Positions 24,546 through 35,359 of a stretch of DNA of 64,000 nucleotides are shown here, piece after piece (position 1 is the first letter of the stretch; every line of letters starts with the position of its first letter). The stretch covers positions 395,906 through 459,905 of the forward strand of contig NMRA01000071.1 in NCBI GenBank assembly GCA_002633005.1, in the 5' to 3' direction. The translations under genes were made by a program, and so were the position numbers. The stretch comes from Phoronis australis. Its lineage: Eukaryota; Animalia; Phoronida. The notes beneath the pieces were generated by a model. The model saw nothing but the letters and a program-made list of their open reading frames with translations, was not told the DNA's origin and made no database searches.

Positions 24546-27500
24546 AGCTAGTAGAGGGCTTAACCGCCTTCCGAGCCCTTCGTAAATGTGCCAAATAATA
24601 TTCACGGCACTGTCAAGGCTCGCAAAGCGAGCCTACATCAAAGAATTTGAATCAGGACCCCGGCTAAACTTTTTTACGGTCTTGTAACATTTGGACACAT
24701 AATTATAACGACCTTGGTCGACTGATTCGGTGCCCTCCGCGACATACCTCTGGGTCGGTCACTTTATTACCGGGTGGGCCATACTTCAGGGTAGGACATA
24801 TTTTCGTTTGATCATACTTTCGGTCAGTCATACTCTCGGAAAACAACATCTGATGAAAGTGTTCATGGTGCCCACCGCGTTTAAACGTAACACTCTTGGG
24901 TTTTAATTCCGTTCACTGCTTAGCGTTCAATCCTCAGCGGAATGTCTGTGTGTGAGGAATGGTATTGGAACTAATTGAAATTTTGACTAGAGAAAAACTT
25001 ACAAAAATCAGCGTTAATAAGACGTGTTTTTGTTTTTTGATCCTATACATGTAGGCCCCTAACTGTAAACATTGCCTGGTGTCTCCATCAGTCTGATGGC
25101 AGTGTACATTCACTTTGATAAAGTAGCACGTAAAACTGTCCTTGTCGTAAACAGCAATTTGTGTAGAAAGTACAGATTACAACACGGTTCATACCTTGCA
25201 TCATGTACCTCGCAGTCCGGCCAACCAGTCGACGGCGCTTCTCACCCGAGGCATGCACCGTACCAACTAGAAATGCTGGCCCTAGCTATCACGTGTGCTC
25301 AGATGATAGCTACTCGCCAGTTCCCACTCAAAACTTCGGTCAGCATAATTAATCTCGTTCGCTGGCTCAGTGTTATTTTATTACCACGACACAGCCAGAA
25401 TACTGTGGCTGTGTAATATATGTAGAGTTATATTCAAAGCTGTTCTTGACTGTTTTTGCTGATTCCACCGGGTCACTTACCGGTGATTGTGCTGTTCATC
25501 GAGAACCAATCAGATATCTTAGCCGGTTTACTCGACTGAACCGGAGAAGTCATTCAAGTGCAGCCGTTTTCAGCGATTTGTAGCAGACAAGCGCTGGTGA
25601 CGTCACTGTATATTGCCAGAGTCAAACACAGTTAAATGACCCACCGTTTGATGACCCTGCATATGCTGAGATCACCGGCGCAGTAAATTCTCATTAGTTT
25701 AATAATCATTGTTTTGTTATAATCTGAGAGGTATTAACTTGCATAGGAATATAAATATATAACGGATAGCTATAAATAATTTCACCAAGCTGTTGGTTCG
25801 CGGAGACGCAATTTTTCATCAGCTTGAGGGATTCTCGTTTGAGTTCAGCGCACTTTTCAACTACTCAGTTCAAGAACAGACGGCTTGTTGTCAAAATGAA
25901 CTCTATCATGTTTTCAACTAAAGTTTTAAAACTAGAGAAATGGAGATGTTAACAGTAAAGACACGTGTTCATTAGGTCACTTGCCGGTCCCAACCGGGCA
26001 GTGAAAAAGTAGATCATTCGAGATATCATTATGAATCTTGGCGGATACTCCACCTAAATTTATCTTGATTACTCAAAGAATTGCGCCGATATAGATGAGA
26101 CAGGCGTTAGCAAGAGGTAAAGTGATCAGTGCAATAAAAGAACAAATACTGGATTCATATCAACGATATGCGTTTACGACGAGAAACTGGCTGAAAAGGA
26201 AACTGAAGTGGTCGAGCTTAGACAAGAAATAGTGTTCTGAAAATACAACTGGACAACTTGAAACGGAGTAAGCGAGAATTGTTACGAAGCTATTGCTGAT
26301 ACTGACCAGCATGTAGAAATTAGGCGAAAAATGGGAGTCAACATTGATATGTCCGACATCTGTCGCAGCCATCGCCTTTTTTGGACAACACCCCCAGTAA
26401 TGACCCCAAACCGACAACTCTACCGCTTCACTACGTATAAAACTCGAGACTCTTTCCTGAGCAATAAACGAACTAGCCACGTGAAAACGCCAATACCCTA
26501 ATCTACAACATCGAAAACCTAACAAAACACAGGTCCGCCTTATTTGCATAATTTAGAACTTTGTTAAAAGATGGGAAAATATCCAAAACGTGGACCAGAG
26601 ACGGCAACATAATTATTGACTAAGGCCAACGATTCTACTACTCAAGTCAGAGACTTACCTTCGGACATTCTCTCGGGCCACTGTCCTTTGAACAGCTAAC
26701 AATTGCCACAGTAAAATACTCTCCACCCTTTAATCGAGGTAAACCTATTTTGTTGCGAATTTTCACTCACCTATGTCGTTGTTACAATTTCCTCGCGGGT
26801 CAGTTGTCAAGTTTACTCACGGCAAATTTTAGTGCACTGTAATATCATGGATATGAAGTTTTCAAAGTCTTCTTGTTAATCTCCAGTTTATAGCCCTGCG
26901 TAATGACCGGTGTTGTGAAACACCACTGAGCCACTGTCTTCGATGTAAAATTCATGTTTATATGTTCGAATTTATTGTGGTTCTTTTACAAAAATGCCCG
27001 ATTAATTTTACTAGTCGGTAATTATTTAATAATAGTGGAAATTTAGTCTATTGTCCCACGTCAGATGGCAGGACGCTGAAACAGATACGTTCATCAATTT
27101 TCTGAGACCTAGAGTGATATTTACAATGTCACAGGTGAGCCGAGTGAATTTGAGGCACGTAGGCCTCTATACATTTAGTGACGTAACTGAGTTGAGAATT
27201 ACCCGTAGTCCAGCCATCGCGAGATCAAGCTAGATTCCTAGTAACTGTTCACTGTTAATGACCAGTGTAGTACCTAACCAAGTGCGTTTTGTGAGTGAGT
27301 ACGCAAGCCGTTTTTTTTTATTTTCACGCCTGCACAAGTAATCTTGGCATGTTTTGATTTTGATTACTTGTTTTGTTTGTCTGTGACAAGAAGTGTTCTA
27401 CTGAGCATGCGATTATTTCGATTTTAATTCTTGTGATACATCGCTGCACCCGAGGCACTAAGTTGATTTTAACTGTCTCTGGTTCACTCACAACGCAAAC

Positions 27501-27679
27501 ATACCACGGTATGATGACTTATCGCTAGAGTTCACCGGTGCTCGTGACTTTTCAGTGCTTCGCCCTGTCCCCACAACGTGGTCGATCCTTACTTTCGTCC
27601 AGCAGTTACATGAATATGCAACTGGAACATTCCCTGGTGTTTTTCTTTATTCTCAAGCCGCCATCCAGGGCGATGCAAT

Positions 27680-27941
27680 TGCCTAAAAATGGGGGCTCGA
27701 ATTTTTGAGAATGTGAACCTTTAACTGAAAAATGTAGACCTTTTACAAAAACAGGGTACGTTCAGAGCTCTAAATTGTGCATTCGCCGAATTTTGGTAGT
27801 TTCTGCCGTTTTGGTGGACTTTTGTCTCGTTTTCTACTTTCCGGACTTTTTGTTTCTCTTAGGCGGACCTTTTTGCACACTTCGCCAAATGGGGGGGGGG
27901 GGAGAGTTTGAGCCCCCCGAGCCCCCCTCCCCTGGGTGCGC
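27680..27941. mobile_element. GC-tailed MITE/short interspersed repeat, copy 2, inserted in the LINE endonuclease region
   Basis: Homologous to 16044-16283. Confidence 0.7.
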
Positions 27942-28181
27942 AAATGGTCATCGTAAACGGTGACTTCGACGCTGGAAATAGTACCTGGTATCCAGACGCC
28001 CAAGATAATCACGCGAGCATTGAACTATTTGACATACTACTTGCAAACGACTTTGTACAACTGATCAATGAGCCTACAAGAATCTAACACAACTACAAAA
28101 GCTTACATTGACTTGTGTATTACACGGGCGACACAGCTGTAACTCCCCCCCAGGCCCCCCTGTGGTGCACCGCCCATAGAC

Positions 28182-28250
28182 CATGGGCGGCGCAGCATTG
28201 AAAAAAGCTGGGGCTATAGTCCCCCCAGCCCTTATGGTGCGCCGCCCATG
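28182..28250. mobile_element. 69-bp hairpin mini-MITE with a partial adjacent copy (28145-28177)
   Basis: Inverted ends catgggcggcgca ... tgcgccgcccatg (13 bp perfect); a related end occurs at window positions 45-62. Confidence 0.55.
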
Positions 28251-29818
28251 AATTAGTCTATCTCGGCTGTGGCGCCTGTACGTTGTGTGTCCCTTTGTTG
28301 ACGCTGGCGTTGGCCTGGTGCGACCAACGCCCCTGGCGAATGGAAGAGCTGAGTGGCCACATGACTACACCAATTGGCGACATCGTCAGGCTCTTCTGGA
28401 GTGCGGCCATCGCCCAGATAGGACGTAATGTAAGTACCCTCTAGAATAATTTAATGACTGAGATAGTTCGGACTTGTCTCGGCCCACAACTACACCATCA
28501 CTGCCAAACAGCAGATGTGTTCCCTATCGTTGGCCAAGTGGGTGAACGTGCTGGACATTCAGTTGGCAATGGTCAACCACTCTTTCTCTGAAGATTTCTT
28601 TCTACATCATTTAACCAAAATGTTTCGTCATTAGGCAAATCTTACGTGCACCGTTTACCCCTGCGAAGTCCTCGGCACATCGAAGGGTAGATGGCATTGT
28701 CACGGATTGAAGAGAGCTACTCCCTATTTTCAAAGCCAAAGACCGAATAATTATTAACTAATAATTACAGACAAAAAGTAACATGACTGTTTTTAGAATT
28801 AAAAAGTAAATATTAGCCGTCCTTGAATGTTTAAACTTGGGACATTGCAAGAGAAATTAGCGAAGGTTTTCTTCAGCATCCACGCGGCTAATATAAGCAA
28901 CGATCAATTAGACGGGTAGTAAGTACTTGAGGACGGCATATGTCTGCGATACTCATTCGCTCTTTTAGTATAAATTATGAGTTGGGGATTGGCTACTACA
29001 TAAAAGTAAGATTTTCATGAAGCAGAAAGTTTGCGGAGATATTCAAACTCCAAGTTCGCCTCCCAGGCGCTGTCTCGAAGTCGGCAGTATCCTGTGATAA
29101 CACGAGCCGAAATATGGCCCCGCCTCATCCCAAGCCTCAATGAGATGGCAGAATCAAATATTTTTGGCCTTATGAAGAAATACATATATTAAGTAAAACC
29201 ATAGAACTGGTCGAGTTCCGTCTGTGGTCAAACTCAGGGCTGTAGGTTTGTTGTTATTGCTTTGGAAAATACGAATTCGTAACCGTCCCTATTCCCATGT
29301 ACACACTTGCAGGGATAATTAACAATATACTTAATTAACAATATATTTAATTAACAATATATTGTGTTTGTTTCGACAATATTTGTCACCACTAATATGA
29401 CCAATATAACGGGGAATATCCGTTTTGTTATTTATAGGACAACTCCTACGTTGAACGGCCTGCTGTATTTGGGTAAATATAGGGATACCCGGCGATCATA
29501 CATGTACTTGTCTGATGAATCTGTTTAGTAAGTTCACGGTGACACGGTGCCGGAATGGTTGTTGATGTGAAAAACGTCCAAACAACCCCCCCTCCCCCTA
29601 AGTGCTTACGGTTCATGACCTAAGGGACTGGCTGTATGATTCGCCGTAATCGATGCAACTTTATATTTTCGACAGAGTAGCTGGATGCTTACGGGCCCCG
29701 GCCTGCGGCCGCCTCATTGGCACTCACTGACTCGGCCGGGGCCGCAGCTTCGAAGAACGCCGTACTTGTCTCGCGTTTGCCTCGTTAGAATTATGTTTAC
29801 AGAGGCTTCGTATGAAAC

Positions 29819-29884
29819 CTCGCTGGTTCCCTGCGTGCTTAGCCCAGAACCGCCCCACTTAGCGGCACGCAGGGAACCAGCGAG
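29819..29884. mobile_element. 66-bp micro-transposon: 20-bp perfect TIRs, 10-bp TSD, in the EF-Tu promoter region
   Basis: cgtatgaaac | ctcgctggttccctgcgtgc ... gcacgcagggaaccagcgag | cgtatgaaac. Confidence 0.75.
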
Positions 29885-29971
29885 CGTATGAAACAAAACG
29901 ATTGCGTATTGTGTGGCAACATAAATCTTCATAACTGACACCTGGCGGTGCGAGCAAACTTTAGATTCAAG

Positions 29972-32900
29972 ATGGCAGCCTCCATGCGGAAAATGTTTTG
30001 CAATTTATGGTGTAACAGCCCTTCCATTGTTCATCAGTCTCTCTCACGTCGTTTCTTATCGTCTAAAGCTGCACTGAAAAGGTAATTTGAGTCAGCGACA
30101 ATTGCCAACCGCCTGAAAGCTGGAGCTTTCGTTCGAGGACAATTGTATGGGTACTGTACACAATCGGGGAGGCATTTCAACAACAGAGGATTTCAGTGTG
30201 ACAGTCTTTATTTGCGGTCTGTTCAGCGTCACAAGTGTAATTTTACCGTATCCTAATGTACAGTCTGTTCAACATCGCAAGTGTAATGTATTTTACGCAG
30301 TATTTTAGTCACACCATGTTATGTTAAGAACTCCTTTATGTGCTATTCAAGTTACACAGCTGAGTTCTAGGGACTATAGTCCGGTGCATTAGCAAATACA
30401 AATTACAAAGTATCTGGACATTTTATCATCACAGTGAGGTTTTGGTAATTGTTTACAATATGACGACAATAACTTCCACATATGATTTTGGTATCGTTCG
30501 ATTCCTCGCGCCGTCATCTTTTCAAAAATATATGAATTGATCCCCTACCGCGTTTCCTTCATATTTTATCGTCGAATTTCAGTTAGCACTATTTCCCGGT
30601 GGACACCGCCATGTTAGCTCAACTCAAGATATCAGCGACACCTATTGTTATTGAATGAAACAGCATCATTGATTCTGAATGGTGGTTGCCCACGCGAGAT
30701 TCCCGCTAAAGTAGAAGCATTTTACCTTTTCCACTTTTTTAGAATTGTGACCATTTGACCATTTTTCCACGAAATTGTCTGAAGTGATACTTTTTTCACA
30801 AATCTGGACCTTAAAAATAACCTCCGCTTTTTTGGCAGATTCTTGCTAGCAGATGCGTATATCAGGGTCACCATAGGATCGAATTCGAACCCTTGGTTAC
30901 ATGACTCGGGCAGGGGATTGACGGGTCTCGGTCAATTTGAACTTATGAAAAGCGACGATCTGCGAGTCGGTAGATTAGTTCAGTTTTTGACTGCCAGGTG
31001 ACTCCTTATCCATTCAACATGGCGGTATTACTACCGAGTATCAGGAAATAGTGCGAGCAGAAATTTCACGAAATTTCTGTGTATGTTTGGAAAGATAACA
31101 TTGCGAGGATTCGAATGATACCAAAATCATATGTCTAAGTCATTGTCGTCATATTGTAAACAATTACCTAAGGTTTTGATTGGTTTGGCAGTAATTGTAT
31201 TGTAAAGTGACATAGCTGGACTAATTATGACTATCTTATCTAGGAAGCCTCACTGTAACATTGGAACTATTGGTCACGTGGACCATGGTAAGACTACACT
31301 AACAGCAGCCATCACCAAACATCTGTCTGAGGTGGGCGGGGCGCAGTTCATGGACTACAGTGACATAGATCGGGCAGTGGAGGAGCGTAGAAGGGGCATC
31401 ACTATCAACGCCATGCATGTGGAGTATGAGACCGAGAGAAGACATTACGCACACACCGACTGTCCAGGACATATTGATTACATCAAAAATATGATCACAG
31501 GTAACGCCTGTTTACTCAATATCCTACTCTGCCAACTTGTAGGCAGATTTGACCTTTGAACCTGTCTACGGCCCCGCCCTACTGGGCTGGGTTGCATAAC
31601 ACTTGAAAATTATGATTGTTGCATGACGTCAGGTGTATTGTTTAACAATAACTATAAGTAAATAAAACAACAAAAATGGATCACTGAAATTTTCAGATGT
31701 AATAACATCCTTCGTCAACAGAAACAGAAATAAAGTAAAATCAAACAAATATGTCAAATGTTTTACTATTTATTCTACTTTTCGACAAACAAGTGTATCC
31801 CGTTGCGGATCTGGATTGCCTCTTTTATTTTCGGATTTATTTTTTACGTTAATTAACAATAACAATGTGGCTTGTGATAATATGACGTCATTGTTGCTAT
31901 GCAGCGTATAACTTTAAAATTTATGCAACTGGACCCTGATGATTAAAGTTAATGTGGTTTCCAGGTTGTTGTGTTGTAACTGAATGATGTGGATGTACAA
32001 TACGTGTTTTTCACAAAATAATTGATCAACAAATTGCTGCTAAATATGCATTTACTGAAATAATTGTGTTTCAGATATTTATTAAATAATGTATGTTGCT
32101 TTACTATGTAGGTTGGTTTATATGATTCTTGATTTATACAAAGTGTGATTGATTGTGTGCGTCATGCTGAGTTGAAATTATCTACAATACTAGTTCATGG
32201 ACCACTAACTCTGCATATTCTATACAATCGTTTGCAAAGTCACTATTCATTAGCGACATCTGGTGTGATGCACGGTTTTACTTCTGACAAGTATGTGATG
32301 CCTGACTTGTGATGCCTGACTTGTGATGTCTGACTTGTGATGTCTGACTTGTGATGTCTGACTTGTGATGCCTGACTTGTGATGTCTGACTTGTGATGTC
32401 TGACTTGTGCGAGTAAGTCTGTTTTATTATTTCCTGTGCATTACCACTGTGGCCAAGATGTGACATCATTGCTAGTAATAGATTTCATACAACTTTAGAA
32501 ACATTCAGGGTCCTTGCTGATCTGACAGGTTGAGGTTATATCAGGGCTTGGAATTTTCCGCGGAAACGCGGATTTCCGATTTTTTCAAATGTGCTTTCCG
32601 CTTTTTTTAGTAATATTTCCGCGTAAAAAAATCGGATTTGATATAAAATTTCCGCGGCAAATTCCTTTCTTACCGCGGCGTTGCAGACGACGTTCTCCTC
32701 GAAAAGCGGAAGTTGCTCTTTATGTTTCGGAGGAACGTAAATTGTCAACATTGCCGGGGCTTCTGGGACAGCGTGGTGGGATTTTCAATGGCGTCTGGTC
32801 GTGTTATTGTTAAGCGCGGCGACAAATACTACTGCTCTGCAGCCAAGCCAAATATGTGGGTTGGGAGTGGACGGGCAAGCTAAAAGGACGCAGACGCATG

Positions 32901-35060
32901 CTACTGATAGTGGTAACGTTTTTTTTTTAGTCCTCCCGATTTTTGTCGGGGAAAGGTTCACATCGACCATTTCAAGGCTGGTTATCGGGCATGATTTGGG
33001 CCGAAAGTTTCCGCGTTTTTCGTCATTGGTCATTCCAAGCCCTGTTATATGCTACACTAGAAAAATGTTGAGTTTGGTTTTTGAACATCATACATGTATC
33101 TAATTCTCATGAAAATGTTGAGTTTGGTTTCTGAACATCATACATGTATCTAGTTCTCATGAAAATGTTGAGTTTGGTTTCTGAACATCATACATGTATC
33201 TAGTTCTCATAAAAATGTTGAGTTTGGTTTCTGAACATCATACATGTATCTAATTCTCATGAAAATGTTGAGTTTGGTTTCTGAACATCATACATGTATC
33301 TAGTTCTCATGAAAATGTTGAGTTTGGTTTCTGAACATCATACATGTATCTAGTTCTCATGAAAATGTTGAGTTTGGTTTCTGAACATCATACATGTATC
33401 TAGTTCTCATGAAAATGTTGAGTTTGGTTTCTGAACATCTTACATATATCTAGTTCTCATGAAAATTAGTTTTTAAAAAGCTCCGTCTTTGCATAATGTG
33501 GTATCAAAAACTTTTTGGATATTTAGGGAAAAAAAACAAAAGTTGTATGAACAAAATCAACTGATTTACAAAAATTTGAGCTGTTTTCAGATTTTATTGA
33601 TGAATATCTATATCCAAACAATTTGGTCACTCAAGTTGTTTTGCTATGAATTTTCCCGATAAGAAATGGTAACTTAATCCAATAGATGCCAGGTCAATAT
33701 GAAGTTGAGAATTAAATTCTACAGGTTTGCTACTCAACATGCCTTCTGATTAGAAAATCTTTTTTCAGCGAGATAAAAGTTCCACTATGGGGGATTTAAT
33801 TTTGTCAGGGGGGAATGAAGCGGGTGTTTGGTCCCAAATTTGAGAGCTGATAGTTTAACACATTGAAGCATCATTTTGGAGCAAACTTTGCAAGAGTGAA
33901 AACATAAAAACGATTCACTTGAAGCGAGTATTAGAAACAGTGTAAGGATGTTACGAATCAATAATTCGAAAGAGTTGAGATTTTAGGAATATTCTAACCA
34001 AGACCAATATCTAGAAAGTTGTCCGCCGTTTGTTTCAGGTGCGTCTCAGATGGATGGTGCAATTCTGGTTGTCGCGGCAACAGATGGGCAGATGCCTCAG
34101 ACTAGAGAGCACCTGTTGTTAGCCAAACAGATTGGAGTGGAGAAGCTGGTTGTATACATAAATAAAGCTGATATTGTAGACACTGAGACATTGGAGTTGG
34201 TTGAGATTGAAATGAGAGAACTCCTGACGGATTATGGCTTTGATGGTGACAGTACACCTGTGGTATGTGGGTCTGCTTTGTGTGCTTTAAATGGAACTCA
34301 ACCAGATATCGGCAGTGAATCTATAGTGTCTCTACTTCAAATGTTAGATGACTATGTACTTCTACCTGAGAGGGATGTCACCAGTCCCTTCTACTTGCCT
34401 ATAGAGTCCTCATTCACAGTGCAGGGGCGCGGCACTGTGTGTATTGGAACATTAAAGAAAGGTGTGATCAAAAAGGGCGAGGCAGCCACCCTGCTAGGTT
34501 ATGGAAATGAGGTTAAGACAGGTGTGTCAGACATTCAGGTGTTTCACAAGTCGGTTAATGAGTGTGAGGCAGGTGATAATGTAGGTGTGCTAGTGCGAGG
34601 AGTCAAACCTGAGCTGATCCAGAGGGGCATGGTGTTGTGTGCCCCAGGGTCGCTACAACAGGTCAACTCATTCCAGGCACAGATGTATGTACTGAGTAAG
34701 GGTGAAGGAGGTCGACACAAGCCAATCATGAGTAATTACATCCAGGTAATGTACTCTAACCTTTGGGACATGGCTGCTGTCTTACTCAGCCCACCAGACA
34801 AGTCTATGTTCATGCCGGGGGACAACAGGTTAGGCACATTTGTACTACGTAAGCCTATGGTGGTGAATGTAGGACAGAGGTTTACTGTCAGGGAGAACAA
34901 CATAACCACTATCACAGGACTAGTCACAGACTTGCTACCCCCATCTAACTTGGAATTGCCAGGTTTCAACTTTGAGAGGCCACGATCTTACGTGATTGAG
35001 AGTAATTTGTCAGTTGTTAGGAACAAGCGTGCAAAACGTAAAGCAAAGAAATCTGGTTGA
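29972..35060 (+). CDS. TUFM: Mitochondrial elongation factor Tu (EF-Tu2-type paralog), 462 aa, 3 exons
   Basis: Exons 29972-30081 (transit peptide [13 protein letters not shown]...SRRFLSSK), 31244-31500 ([22 protein letters not shown]) and 34039-35060 (NKAD, GSAL, domains II/III). Phases are consistent; total 1389 nt. Confidence 0.97.
30444..31168. mobile_element. MULE/Mutator-like MITE (~65-bp TIRs, 9-bp TSD) in EF-Tu intron 1
   Basis: TIR ggtaattgtttacaatatgacgacaat...tatgattttggtatc.ttcga.tcctcgc is inverted at 31103-31168; flanks tgaggtttt / taaggtttt (8/9 identical). Confidence 0.8.
31582..31938. mobile_element. MITE with imperfect TIRs in EF-Tu intron 2
   Basis: ctgggctgggttgcataa ... 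ttatgcaactggaccctg, plus a subterminal tgacgtca at both ends. Confidence 0.5.
32294..32409. repeat. 13-bp minisatellite (tgtgatgyctgact-like unit) x~9
   Basis: Direct inspection. Confidence 0.85.
32542..33044. mobile_element. hAT-like MITE (CAGGGCTTGGAAT termini), full copy in EF-Tu intron 2
   Basis: TIRs cagggcttggaat / attccaagccctg, flanked by ttatat on both sides; a highly similar copy begins at 37094. Confidence 0.85.
33060..33466. repeat. 50-bp minisatellite x8
   Basis: Unit gaaaatgttgagtttggtttctgaacatcatacatgtatctagttctcat. Confidence 0.95.
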
Positions 35061-35135
35061 CAGTTCTTACTTCACTGTTATTTAATGCCAGTGTCATTCA
35101 ACCTATCACCACATGCTGTCTTGTATGTGGGATGG

Positions 35136-35184
35136 AATAAAGTTATGAGTTCTTGACAGCGACAATGTAGTTTTACTGTTTATT
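35136..35184. terminator. Facing polyadenylation signals of EF-Tu (+, AATAAA 35136) and DHX34 (-, AATAAA 35184-35179)
   Basis: Canonical hexamers between stop codons that are only 300 bp apart. Confidence 0.55.
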
Positions 35185-35359
35185 TCTGAGCAACAAACGA
35201 GAGCAAACAAAACAAGAGCAGTAAACAACAAAGTACACATTATTCACATGCAGTACTCTTTGTTATTACAGCCTGCATGGCTTCTTTTAATAAACAATAG
35301 TGTCCCACTACATTCAGTAGCACTACATCCTGTATTAAACACTGCATTCAGCGTATACA

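Larger units (their letters stand above)
26050..28780 (+). mobile_element. Degenerate CR1/L2-type LINE retrotransposon (ORF1, APE endonuclease and start of RT), interrupted by MITEs
   Basis: Frameshifted motifs in the correct order: ORF1-like DICRSHRL (26355), ENLTKHR (26513), KTWTRDGNII (26585); endonuclease IVNGDFD (~27950) and FVQLINEPTRI...YIDLCIT (28050-28125); pre-RT PIFKAKDR...NYR (28720-28770). Boundaries approximate. Confidence 0.7.

Noticed and set aside
29695-29744. GC hairpin (ggccccggcc/ggccggggcc) as a third micro-transposon
   Set aside because: Only 10-bp arms and no flanking direct repeat.
33060-33466. Regular repeats as a possible CRISPR array (also 48380-48682, 42846-43114, 20870-21215)
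   Set aside because: Units are head-to-tail with no unique spacers, no cas genes are present, and the context is eukaryotic introns.
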